This document shows positions 45,190 to 53,519 of a stretch of DNA of 64,000 nucleotides, one piece after another (position 1 is the first letter of the stretch; every line of letters starts with the position of its first letter). The notes below the pieces were generated by a model. That model did not search any database, was not told the origin of the DNA, and saw only the letters and a list, made by a program, of their open reading frames with translations. The DNA comes from Candidatus Daviesbacteria bacterium. GTDB lineage: Bacteria > Patescibacteriota > Microgenomatia > Daviesbacterales > UBA10151. The stretch spans positions 92,117 to 156,116 of the forward strand of contig JAQUSJ010000002.1 in NCBI GenBank assembly GCA_028715175.1. Reading direction: 5' to 3'. Position numbers and translations under genes: made by a program.

Positions 45190-46386
45190 TCAACCCTGGA
45201 AAACTTTAGCCAAGGCAGGATAATCTTGCAAACTGGTTTCCTCTTTTATTCCATCCCGACCACCCTCTCCATCTTCTGTCCACCCTAGAGGTGGAGTTGT
45301 ATTGGCACCCCAGGGTTCTGTCGGTGTAATATTTCTTTTTTTCGCTACTCTTCTATGTACTTCTACATAAGCTTGTGCAGGCTTAACAACATGATATTTA
45401 AAAACCCGCGCCACATCTTCATTTCTCACAGGATTGCCATTTCCCCCCACTTTAACAGGTTTTTTCTCCGCCACAACCCTATCAAACCTACTCACCGCCT
45501 GCTCCTCTGACTCCAACTCGCCGATGTCTGCTATTTCTTCTACTGTTTCCTGATAAGAACCATCCAGCCCTGTTTTTTTAACCACCTGACTTCTGTTATC
45601 TTCATGTTCGGCAGGCAAAAACCTGGCCACCATACCTCCTGTAACTACGCTGACCAAACTACCTACGATCGTAAATGCCAGCTTAATCGCTCGCCTGATT
45701 TCAAACCTTCTTACTTGTGAAACTTCCTTATCTTCCAAATAAAGTCTTTTTTCTACAAACTCCTCTTCTCCTAAAGTCTCCTTTGGCTTTTCAACTTTTA
45801 CTTTTTCCTTAACCAGTTTTTCTACTTCTTGCTCTTTTAAAGCAGGGTTTGTAGCTGGAAGAACAACTTGGGCTGGCTGATTGACAATTTTAGTTTCAGT
45901 TAATGGCTGCAACTTTGACCGGGCTTCTATAGCAGGTTCTACAGCCGATCGCGCCAAAAAAGCAACCATAAATTGGATCCCAACATTCGTCGGGATGACG
46001 GAGGGGAAAATGACCGATTTTTGAGCCTGGGCAAGAATAGTATCTGCTTCTGCAATTACAGATGAAACTGATAAAGGCTCACTAAATCTAATCTCTTTAA
46101 CTGGATTCAACTTTCCTATTTGTAATGGCATAGTGTTTTCTAAATCTGCAAGAGCAACCGGACTTTCATTAACAATTCTTGTTAGTGGCCCTTCAAGCTT
46201 CGGTCCGATGCTATTTAATAACCCTCCAATTGGAGCTGCTTCAAAAGTTGGCGCTAGAAAGCTTGGTCCACTAACTGAAGCAGCTCCTACTGAAGGCATC
46301 TCACCGAAGATTCGTCCCAGAGATGCACCTCTACCTACCGCAGAAGCTACAGTTCCCATTGCTGATCCAATCGCTTCAATACCCAT
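45190..46386 (-). CDS. Hypothetical protein, Gly/Ala-rich N-terminus, one predicted TM helix, Lys/Glu-rich middle
   Basis: 398-aa ORF; N-terminal GxxxG/A-rich IGSAMGTVASAVGRGASLGRIFG; no recognised domain. Confidence 0.45.
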   Translation of the reverse strand: MGIEAIGSAMGTVASAVGRGASLGRIFGEMPSVGAASVSGPSFLAPTFEAAPIGGLLNSIGPKLEGPLTRIVNESPVALADLENTMPLQIGKLNPVKEIRFSEPLSVSSVIAEADTILAQAQKSVIFPSVIPTNVGIQFMVAFLARSAVEPAIEARSKLQPLTETKIVNQPAQVVLPATNPALKEQEVEKLVKEKVKVEKPKETLGEEEFVEKRLYLEDKEVSQVRRFEIRRAIKLAFTIVGSLVSVVTGGMVARFLPAEHEDNRSQVVKKTGLDGSYQETVEEIADIGELESEEQAVSRFDRVVAEKKPVKVGGNGNPVRNEDVARVFKYHVVKPAQAYVEVHRRVAKKRNITPTEPWGANTTPPLGWTEDGEGGRDGIKEETSLQDYPALAKVFQG

Positions 46387-46471
46387 ATATGATTTTCTAT
46401 TGCTTCATTGTTTAATTGCTAAATTGCTTTAAAACAATGTAACAATGACAACAATATAACAATTTTGTCCC

Positions 46472-46500
46472 TTGACTGCTTGATATAAAACTGTTATAAT
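46472..46500 (+). promoter_or_regulatory. Sigma70-type promoter TTGACT-17-TATAAT for the 46511 gene, in a divergent intergenic region
   Basis: ttgact at 46472-46477; 17-nt spacer; tataat at 46495-46500; ATG 11 nt downstream. Confidence 0.5.
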
Positions 46501-46510
46501 CCTGACGAAA

Positions 46511-47650
46511 ATGGCTATAAAACAGCGGTACAATTTTAAAGAAGCAGAACTGGGGCCAAACTTTGCCCAGGATAAATTAAAAGAATTTAAGTCTCTGATT
46601 GATGCTGGCCTTTCTTTTGTGGTCCTGTCTATGCCCGGAGTCGGTGTTTCTTATTTTTTAAAATACCTGGCGGCAATGCAAAACTTTGCCCATTTTATCC
46701 ATGTGGATTTATATAACCTGCCAACCCTTTCGCAACATGAGTTTTACAAATTACTGCTTTCAGAATTGGGCGGTAAACCCGGTTCAAAAACTGATGACCA
46801 GTTATTGCTGGAAGTAAAAAAAGCTATTGCCGCTCTCGCCCAAAAGAAGGAAAGAGTTGTGATTATTTTTAGCAGATTTGATCAACTTAAAAGTCAATTC
46901 GACTGGAATTTCCTGTCTAATATCCAGTCTTTATCAACTGTAGTACCTGATAAAGTCGTCTTAATCTTTACTTCTGTCAAGCCTATGCCTGAGATAATCC
47001 CTGCTGAAGCGCTTGCCGGAGGGAACTTAAATTTTTACTCAGAAATTCTATATTTCAAACCATATTCCAAAGATGATCTAAAAAAACTATTGGAAATTGA
47101 GCCTCCCAGACCTGGTCTGGGAAAACCAACTCTGGAAAAACTGCTGGAATTATCAGGCGGTCATAACCAGCTTTTGCATATCCTGTTAAGTTCTCAAAAG
47201 AAACAGTTTTTGCTGGATCAATTTGTAAAAATGCAAATGAAGGAATTTATGGACTACCTGAATTACCATCAAAAAAAGACCCTGCAAAAGATTACCCAAG
47301 GCAAGACCGTAACTGATATAGATGAATACCTGCTGGGCGTAGGCATGATAAACAAACTTCAATTTTTTACTCCTCTGCTCTCGGAATATATCAAAACAAA
47401 TCTGCCGGTTAAACTACCTGTGAAGGAGGCAAAACTTTTCAAATTACTGTGGCAAAACATGGGCAAAACTGTGACAAAAGATGAAATTTTCAGAGAAGTT
47501 TGGAGTCCGTCTGACGCCGGATCTGAAGAAACAACTGATTGGGCTTTGGATGCCTTAATTTACAGACTCAGAAACCATCCGTTTATGAAGACTCATGGCT
47601 ACATTATCGAAAGCCACAAAAAAGTAGGATACACTTTAATCCAAAGTTAA
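46511..47650 (+). CDS. Regulator: degenerate P-loop NTPase-like N-domain plus C-terminal OmpR/PhoB-type winged-helix DNA-binding domain
   Basis: SMPGVGVSYFLKYL P-loop-like (no Lys). C-terminal KLFKLLWQNMGKTVTKDEIFREVW...ALDALIYRLR...GYTL matches trans_reg_C. Confidence 0.55.
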   Translation: MAIKQRYNFKEAELGPNFAQDKLKEFKSLIDAGLSFVVLSMPGVGVSYFLKYLAAMQNFAHFIHVDLYNLPTLSQHEFYKLLLSELGGKPGSKTDDQLLLEVKKAIAALAQKKERVVIIFSRFDQLKSQFDWNFLSNIQSLSTVVPDKVVLIFTSVKPMPEIIPAEALAGGNLNFYSEILYFKPYSKDDLKKLLEIEPPRPGLGKPTLEKLLELSGGHNQLLHILLSSQKKQFLLDQFVKMQMKEFMDYLNYHQKKTLQKITQGKTVTDIDEYLLGVGMINKLQFFTPLLSEYIKTNLPVKLPVKEAKLFKLLWQNMGKTVTKDEIFREVWSPSDAGSEETTDWALDALIYRLRNHPFMKTHGYIIESHKKVGYTLIQS

Positions 47651-47677
47651 ATGCAATCATGTCAAAAGGTGAAATAA

Positions 47678-48010
47678 TTAACTTAATGGAGATCTATTTT
47701 TAATACCTTCTACTTCCCGAGTAAGTCTATCTTCAATAATTTTATGTAAATTAGGAATTTTTGAGGCGAAATCTTGAATTTTATTTGCCATCTCCACGCT
47801 TCCCGGCTCCAAATGTTCTATCTGGCTAAACTGCTCCTTATCCAAAGCCCCTATAACTATCTCGGCAATAACTTTATACAGGTGATCACGGATGCTGTCT
47901 GTCATCTGCTGTTTTCTATCAGGAGATAGACTCACAAAAACCGGCGAGTTAATACAATCTGATACCAAACCTTCGATATATTCATTAATCTGTTGATCTG
48001 CTTGGTCCAT
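47678..48010 (-). CDS. Hypothetical small acidic protein
   Basis: 110-aa ORF in tight tandem with the 48024 gene; no recognised motif. Confidence 0.35.
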   Translation of the reverse strand: MDQADQQINEYIEGLVSDCINSPVFVSLSPDRKQQMTDSIRDHLYKVIAEIVIGALDKEQFSQIEHLEPGSVEMANKIQDFASKIPNLHKIIEDRLTREVEGIKNRSPLS

Positions 48011-48023
48011 AAATTATTTGAGT

Positions 48024-49847
48024 TTATTTTTTAACCATAGCCAAAATGGCATTTTTAATTGTATCATCTATCTTGATTGGAAACCCTACTGGGAGCGCGC
48101 GATGGTCAATAGACCCTTTTATACCCCAGGAAGGCACACTAATACCGTTTTGCTGACAGATGATTTTATCAAGCTCCATAATCTCTTTAGGCGAAGGAGC
48201 TTTGCCTAAAACATCTTTTAATATCTTAGTTGAAACTTCCCATGGGTTTGATCCAGCCTCAAGAGGAATGAAACCTCCCAATGAATTTAATACCTCGGTA
48301 GCATGCGCCTCAACTGCGGCTGCCGAAGCATCGGTCAATTGGTCAATGTGACCTTCAAAAACTTTAGCCAAAGCATTAATTTGTTCAGATGAAAATTGAT
48401 GACCTCCAATTTCTACCACCTTCCCTTTTGCAGCTGCTTCCCGTAGAGCTTGTACTATTGAATGTTGACTATCAACCGGAACCTCTAGTCCAACTGCCTG
48501 ATCGGCATGTAATGCTTCATTAAGTGCTCCTTTAGCACTTTCAAATAATTGGTCGTGAGACTCTTTCAAAACTTGCCCATATTGGTCATGACCACTGGAA
48601 ACTGCCTCAGCTAGGCTATCTGAATGTTGTGCTGCAGCATCGGCAAAAACATTGTTAGCTTGTGCTTCTGCCGCCTGTTGTACAGCATATCTTACCTGTT
48701 CAAATTGTTCAGCTGACAGTTGACTTGGATCCATTCCATGGGCCAATATAGCTTCTAGCGTAACATTATCAATATCCCCAAGATGTTCCCCCACAGCAGC
48801 CTCAGTCTCTTTCCTTAAACCATCTACTACCTCTTCCGGAGATAAATTGACATCATGAATTTTCGAAGCCGCATCAGCCAAAATATCTGGAGGATTAGAG
48901 GTAACCCCTTCGACTGCACCACCAGGTAACGGAGATGTCCATTCGTCGATTTTTCCAATTAAATCTCCAGTTGTCTGGTTAATCGCCTGGCCTGCCCTAC
49001 CCAAAGCATTTCCCGCTCCTGCCGCACCAGGAATATTATTTCTGGCTGTCTCTTTTGCTTCCCCTAAAATATTTCCGCCTGTTTCGCCTGCTGCTCCAAG
49101 TACACCACCTATTTTCTTACCAGCTTCACCAGCCACGCTTCCGATTGTCTCTCCAGCCCTACCGGCTGTATTTCCCACTGTTTCACCAATATTTCCAGCT
49201 ACTTCGCCTGCCCCATGACCGACTTCTCCGGCCATGTCGCCAACTCCCCGGCCGATATTTCCCGGCAACTCCTTTAACCAATCTAATTGACCTGACTCCC
49301 ACATTTCGCTTACAACCTCGGCAAAAGCTCCACCTAAGGCTCCGAAAGCTGCTCCTTTTGCACCAGCTATACCAATCGCTTTCATATCGCTCGGCTTTAA
49401 ACTTCCCACCATACGTCTCTTTTGTCGAGCTAATTCCCGTGCCTCTTCGCTGCTTCCCTCACCAGTTTCCAAATCCCGAATCCGTTGTTTAATCCCTGCA
49501 TTATGCTCAGCTACCTCCTTCCAGCTTCTCCGTGCTTGTTTAAAATATTCTCTTCCAGCTCCCACTATAAGCCCGGCTGTCCCTCCTACCGCAATCCTTC
49601 CTACCACTCCTGTAGCAGCACCTACCCACAGATGTGTCAATAGTTCCCTTGCTACTGTCTTAGCGCCAATGCTTGCTGCCATTCCTGCTCCGAATTCGGC
49701 CGCATACCCTGCATGACTTCCCACAAAGCTTAGGGCTGATCTCCCAAAAACCTGAAGTTTCTGCAGTCGTGCTCCTAATTTATCAACACTGCTTGAAAGC
49801 TCTCCTTCATGAGGTAAGCCTTCTCTAGCCGATCCCCTATCTTCCAT
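48024..49847 (-). CDS. Hypothetical Gly-rich protein with glycine-zipper N-region and tandem ~7-residue G-E-x-x-G-N/x repeats
   Basis: AGYAAEFGAGMAASIGA...VGAATGVVGRIAVGGTAGLIVGAG; GEVGHGAGEVAGNIGETVGNTAGRAGETIGSVAGEAGKKIGGVLGAAGETGGNILGEA. Confidence 0.5.
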   Translation of the reverse strand: MEDRGSAREGLPHEGELSSSVDKLGARLQKLQVFGRSALSFVGSHAGYAAEFGAGMAASIGAKTVARELLTHLWVGAATGVVGRIAVGGTAGLIVGAGREYFKQARRSWKEVAEHNAGIKQRIRDLETGEGSSEEARELARQKRRMVGSLKPSDMKAIGIAGAKGAAFGALGGAFAEVVSEMWESGQLDWLKELPGNIGRGVGDMAGEVGHGAGEVAGNIGETVGNTAGRAGETIGSVAGEAGKKIGGVLGAAGETGGNILGEAKETARNNIPGAAGAGNALGRAGQAINQTTGDLIGKIDEWTSPLPGGAVEGVTSNPPDILADAASKIHDVNLSPEEVVDGLRKETEAAVGEHLGDIDNVTLEAILAHGMDPSQLSAEQFEQVRYAVQQAAEAQANNVFADAAAQHSDSLAEAVSSGHDQYGQVLKESHDQLFESAKGALNEALHADQAVGLEVPVDSQHSIVQALREAAAKGKVVEIGGHQFSSEQINALAKVFEGHIDQLTDASAAAVEAHATEVLNSLGGFIPLEAGSNPWEVSTKILKDVLGKAPSPKEIMELDKIICQQNGISVPSWGIKGSIDHRALPVGFPIKIDDTIKNAILAMVKK

Positions 49848-49905
49848 AATTATATTTCCTCTTTATTCTCAGAATAGCAAATTAGAAAAATTCTGTAAAT
49901 AGATG

Positions 49906-50445
49906 TCATTTATAAAGATGTCTTTCCACTACTTTATAAACCACTATTCCCAAACTAACCATTACATTTAGAGAAATATTTACTCCAAACATAGGGATTT
50001 CAACTATGGCATCTACTACTTCCAGCACCTCTTTTGACACTCCATAAGTCTCATTTCCCACTACCAGACAAATTGGTAGTTTATAATTAAATTCATCATA
50101 TTGAACACTTTTTGTACTCTGTTCTATGGCTACAATTTGTATATCGTTTATCGTTAATCGTATATCGTTTATTGCTTCAGTAGCCGACTCTTTATAGCTC
50201 CACTCCACCCATTCTGTGGTATTAATAGAAGCCTTTTTAATCCGGTGATTGGGCGGGGTTTCTGTTCCTCCACAAAGATAGATTTTTTTTGCAGCTACCG
50301 CATCTGCTAATCTAAAGATAGAACCAATATTATAAGTATCTAAAACATTATCTAAGATAATATAAATATCATTTTTCTTAATCTGACGACTGATAGCTGA
50401 CGACTGACTACTCTTCCTCAGCTGGGCTGCATTAAGTTTTACCAT
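49906..50445 (-). CDS. SpoU/TrmH-family RNA 2'-O-methyltransferase (start placed at internal Met to avoid overlap; ORF track gives 49906..50541)
   Basis: LVVGNETYGVSKEVLEVVDAIVEIPMFGVNISLNV matches SpoU motifs; the N-terminus includes the repeat-derived KSSQSSAISRQ. Confidence 0.65.
   Translation of the reverse strand: MVKLNAAQLRKSSQSSAISRQIKKNDIYIILDNVLDTYNIGSIFRLADAVAAKKIYLCGGTETPPNHRIKKASINTTEWVEWSYKESATEAINDIRLTINDIQIVAIEQSTKSVQYDEFNYKLPICLVVGNETYGVSKEVLEVVDAIVEIPMFGVNISLNVMVSLGIVVYKVVERHLYK
50381..50412. repeat. Family-A half-element in the 5' region of the SpoU methyltransferase ORF
   Basis: atctgacgactgatagctgacgactgactact, which gives SSQSSAISRQ on the minus strand. Confidence 0.55.
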
Positions 50446-50473
50446 AGCCTTTATTTTAACACTAACCTTAAAT

Positions 50474-51394
50474 TTAGAGATTTTTTGCCAGAGTAATTTT
50501 GGAGAAAAGATCTGAGATGGAGCACCAAAGATTATTGGCAAAAGCTAAAAGAGGTTTATTTTGAGGAGTGGAATTTTGAGCGTGAGAACCAATCCAAGTC
50601 CATTCCCAATAGATATTGGTGGTCTTTGTACCCGGATTGTCACCACTCCAATTGTCGCAATTATAAGGAAGGCCGCTAACAGCCATATTGGCCCGAATAG
50701 GATAACTCTGCGTCGAAGAGAAATTGTGGGTCCAATAAGCTACATCTGTACCCTCCTCGTTATATCTTGCGCATGGCTCATAATCACCGGCAAGATTATA
50801 ACGCAACCGTTCATCAGGTGGGGTGGTATCTGGACAATGGCAACAGTTCGGATGGCCTTTTAAACAGGCGCTAGGCGCGCTGTCATCTTTTGTCTCAGTG
50901 CCGCCCGGACGGTTGCTAACATTTTCAAGGCGCCACCAACCACTACCATTTAAATATGCCACTCCCATCACCATACGTCCATTTCTTCCTGTTGAACACG
51001 TCTGTAAATCACCACCACCAATCCCACTACCAGCATTAGATCCAGCTCTGGCTGAAAAAATAGCAATACCATGACTGTCTGTGTTCACAGTCCAAGTAGG
51101 ACCAGTTGAATATTTACCGCAATCAAAATTACAACAACCTCCACCTTGATCCCAAAGAGCTACGTCACGGCTACAATCATAACAGGCACAATCAGGACAC
51201 GCATCTGTATCGCAATTGCAGTATTCTCCAGTCCTTAAAATAACCATTTTACCCACCACTGGACTACCATCCTCATACTTTAACCTGACAATATGGGAAG
51301 CAGAAGCAAAGGTAGGTTTGCTATTTAGAGCAAAAACCGGAAAAATAACCAGCAGGGAAAGAAAAATAAAAAAGATTTTAATTTGAAACCTCAT
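50474..51394 (-). CDS. Secreted Cys-rich protein (signal peptide)
   Basis: N-terminal MRFQIKIFFIFLSLLVIFPVFA; 30 Cys including CNCDTDACPDCACYDCSRD. Confidence 0.5.
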   Translation of the reverse strand: MRFQIKIFFIFLSLLVIFPVFALNSKPTFASASHIVRLKYEDGSPVVGKMVILRTGEYCNCDTDACPDCACYDCSRDVALWDQGGGCCNFDCGKYSTGPTWTVNTDSHGIAIFSARAGSNAGSGIGGGDLQTCSTGRNGRMVMGVAYLNGSGWWRLENVSNRPGGTETKDDSAPSACLKGHPNCCHCPDTTPPDERLRYNLAGDYEPCARYNEEGTDVAYWTHNFSSTQSYPIRANMAVSGLPYNCDNWSGDNPGTKTTNIYWEWTWIGSHAQNSTPQNKPLLAFANNLWCSISDLFSKITLAKNL

Positions 51395-51488
51395 CTAAAA
51401 CCAGTTTAGATGAAATATAATCCATTTGTCAAAATTGAAGCAGTTATACCTTGACAGTGATCCCGAGAATGATTAGAATCAATTTATT

Positions 51489-51719
51489 ATGCAAACAATT
51501 ACTATACCGGCAAAAACATACGAGAAAATACTCTCTAAATTGGAGCGTTTAAACCAAGAAGTAGAAAGTATAAAACTACGATTATCTGAAAATGAGCCTG
51601 CTTATGGTTCTAATGAGTGGTGGGCATGGTCAGATAAAAAAGCTAAAGAAGATATTAAGGCAGGCAGAGTAATGAGATTTGATTCTACTGAGGAGGCCAT
51701 TAAATGGCTCAACTCATAA
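51489..51719 (+). CDS. Small hypothetical protein (possibly antitoxin-like)
   Basis: 76 aa, helical; EWWAWSDKKAKEDIKAGRVMRFDSTEEAIKWL; no partner toxin seen. Confidence 0.35.
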   Translation: MQTITIPAKTYEKILSKLERLNQEVESIKLRLSENEPAYGSNEWWAWSDKKAKEDIKAGRVMRFDSTEEAIKWLNS

Positions 51720-51771
51720 ATCTTGTCTTTACCACTAAATTTAAAAAGCAATATCAAAAATACCCCAAAGT

Positions 51772-52578
51772 TTGCACACAAAGTTTGACAACATCCTGCC
51801 TATCCTCTACCATAAACTTATGGATAGCCCTAATCCTTCTCCGGCTCCGGTGCCAACTCCGGAAGTAACTCCACAAGTATACATTCAGCCTCCCTCCCCT
51901 TTAAGAAAGATCATAAAAATATCTTTAATCTCGGGAGGAATAATAATCTTGATTTTGGCTATTATTTTAATTCTAAATTACTTTAATATTTTATCCTTAT
52001 CCTCTCTTTTCCCCAAATATTTCTCCTTTTTACCACATCAACCACTCCAAATAAGTCCATCAAAAGAAAAACTTAGTAGTAGAGCTAAAGAAACATTAAT
52101 GAAATCTTTACCAAAAATTTTAATCCCTTTTCTCCTACCCCCATCTTCCTTTGATCTTACTCAAGATACAGGCACCACCAAAAGCTTCTCTGCTAAATGG
52201 AATACTCCTCAACAACCAATAACAGCTACTTTTACCCTTGCCAAAACAGGATCTAATTTATCCTCTCTTAATATTTCCTTCTGGCTCTCATCAACCTCAA
52301 CTCCTTCGGCTAAACTTGCTCAAACTACCACTACTTCTTTTTTCTCCCTCACACCTAAAGGAGATTGGAATTGTAAAGAAATTTATGGCGCAATTTATTG
52401 TGAAAGTTTTTGGGAAGAAAAGGATGGAACTAAACAAGGAATTGGTATCCATGGCATTCTAACTTCTCAGATCAGCGAGGCAGGAATGGTTATTTCTTTC
52501 TGCGAGCGTCGTAAAGACAATTCCTTTTATTCTTGGCAAAGCTGTACTAGTGAGTTTGCCAAAACCGGAGTAAGGTAA
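51772..52578 (+). CDS. Hypothetical membrane-anchored protein with Pro-rich N-region
   Basis: SPNPSPAPVPTPEVTP followed by TM helix ISLISGGIIILILAIILIL. Confidence 0.4.
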   Translation: MHTKFDNILPILYHKLMDSPNPSPAPVPTPEVTPQVYIQPPSPLRKIIKISLISGGIIILILAIILILNYFNILSLSSLFPKYFSFLPHQPLQISPSKEKLSSRAKETLMKSLPKILIPFLLPPSSFDLTQDTGTTKSFSAKWNTPQQPITATFTLAKTGSNLSSLNISFWLSSTSTPSAKLAQTTTTSFFSLTPKGDWNCKEIYGAIYCESFWEEKDGTKQGIGIHGILTSQISEAGMVISFCERRKDNSFYSWQSCTSEFAKTGVR

Positions 52579-52633
52579 AAATTTGACAAGCCTATAGATT
52601 TATAGGATAATTTAATATGAAGGGTAACTAATT

Positions 52634-53500
52634 ATGCCAGAAGAATTAATTTCACATTCAGCAGCGGTTGTTGCTCCAAAACCAAGGGAAGCTACTCAGA
52701 GCGCAGATGCACAGGCGCTTCCTGAACGGATGAAAAGAGAAGTTCCAAGAAGGAGTTTCTTAAAGTGGTTGGGGGCAGCAGTAGCTGCTGTTACTATAGG
52801 AGGTATAGCTGCAGAGATTCAAGGGGGTCTTGTAAGTGCTGGTCTTAGATATGCACGAGACAAAATTGTTCCTCGAAATCCCGAATCTTTTACTTATGAT
52901 AGTGCTGGAGGCTATATTGGAAAAAGCAATACCCTCCGTGTTCCTTTAGCAACCATTCAAGAAAAAGCAAAATCAGCAGATCCTCTTACTCTCCTTTTCC
53001 CTCTTAAGCCGCCTGAAGGTTTTGATAATATTCATTACGACTATCGAGAATTCACCCTAAATGTTGATCCCCAAGACGTCAGGAAAAGAACTCTGACTGA
53101 AAACAAAAATTATATGTTGTTTACCAATGTCCCCAAAAGAGCAGTTATCTTGGCTCCAACTGATGGTATTGTTTATGATTATTCCAACAATATTCAGCCT
53201 GGATCAACTGATGGTCTTGGCATAAGTTTTACTCAAGGAAATATTAAATATTCTATGGGTATTTCAGCATCGGGAAGATTTGCATTTGAAACGATTGGCA
53301 ATTTCCCAGGTCCCAGAGAGTATGTAAATCAAAGTAAAACAAGAAATATCAAAAAGGGGGAACCCTTATTAATCTTAAAGGAGGATAATCAAGTGTTACA
53401 ATTTACACTCTTTAAAAGTCCCGGAGAAATACCTGTGCCTATCAAATTCTTAACTGATACCTCTGGAGGTAACACAAAACTGCTTGTTTTAGGCGATTAA
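52634..53500 (+). CDS. Hypothetical exported protein with twin-arginine (Tat)-like signal peptide
   Basis: RRSFLKWLGAAVAAVTIGGIAA fits the S/T-R-R-x-F-L-K consensus plus a hydrophobic h-region. Confidence 0.5.
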   Translation: MPEELISHSAAVVAPKPREATQSADAQALPERMKREVPRRSFLKWLGAAVAAVTIGGIAAEIQGGLVSAGLRYARDKIVPRNPESFTYDSAGGYIGKSNTLRVPLATIQEKAKSADPLTLLFPLKPPEGFDNIHYDYREFTLNVDPQDVRKRTLTENKNYMLFTNVPKRAVILAPTDGIVYDYSNNIQPGSTDGLGISFTQGNIKYSMGISASGRFAFETIGNFPGPREYVNQSKTRNIKKGEPLLILKEDNQVLQFTLFKSPGEIPVPIKFLTDTSGGNTKLLVLGD

Positions 53501-53519
53501 ATAATGTTACGCTTATATT

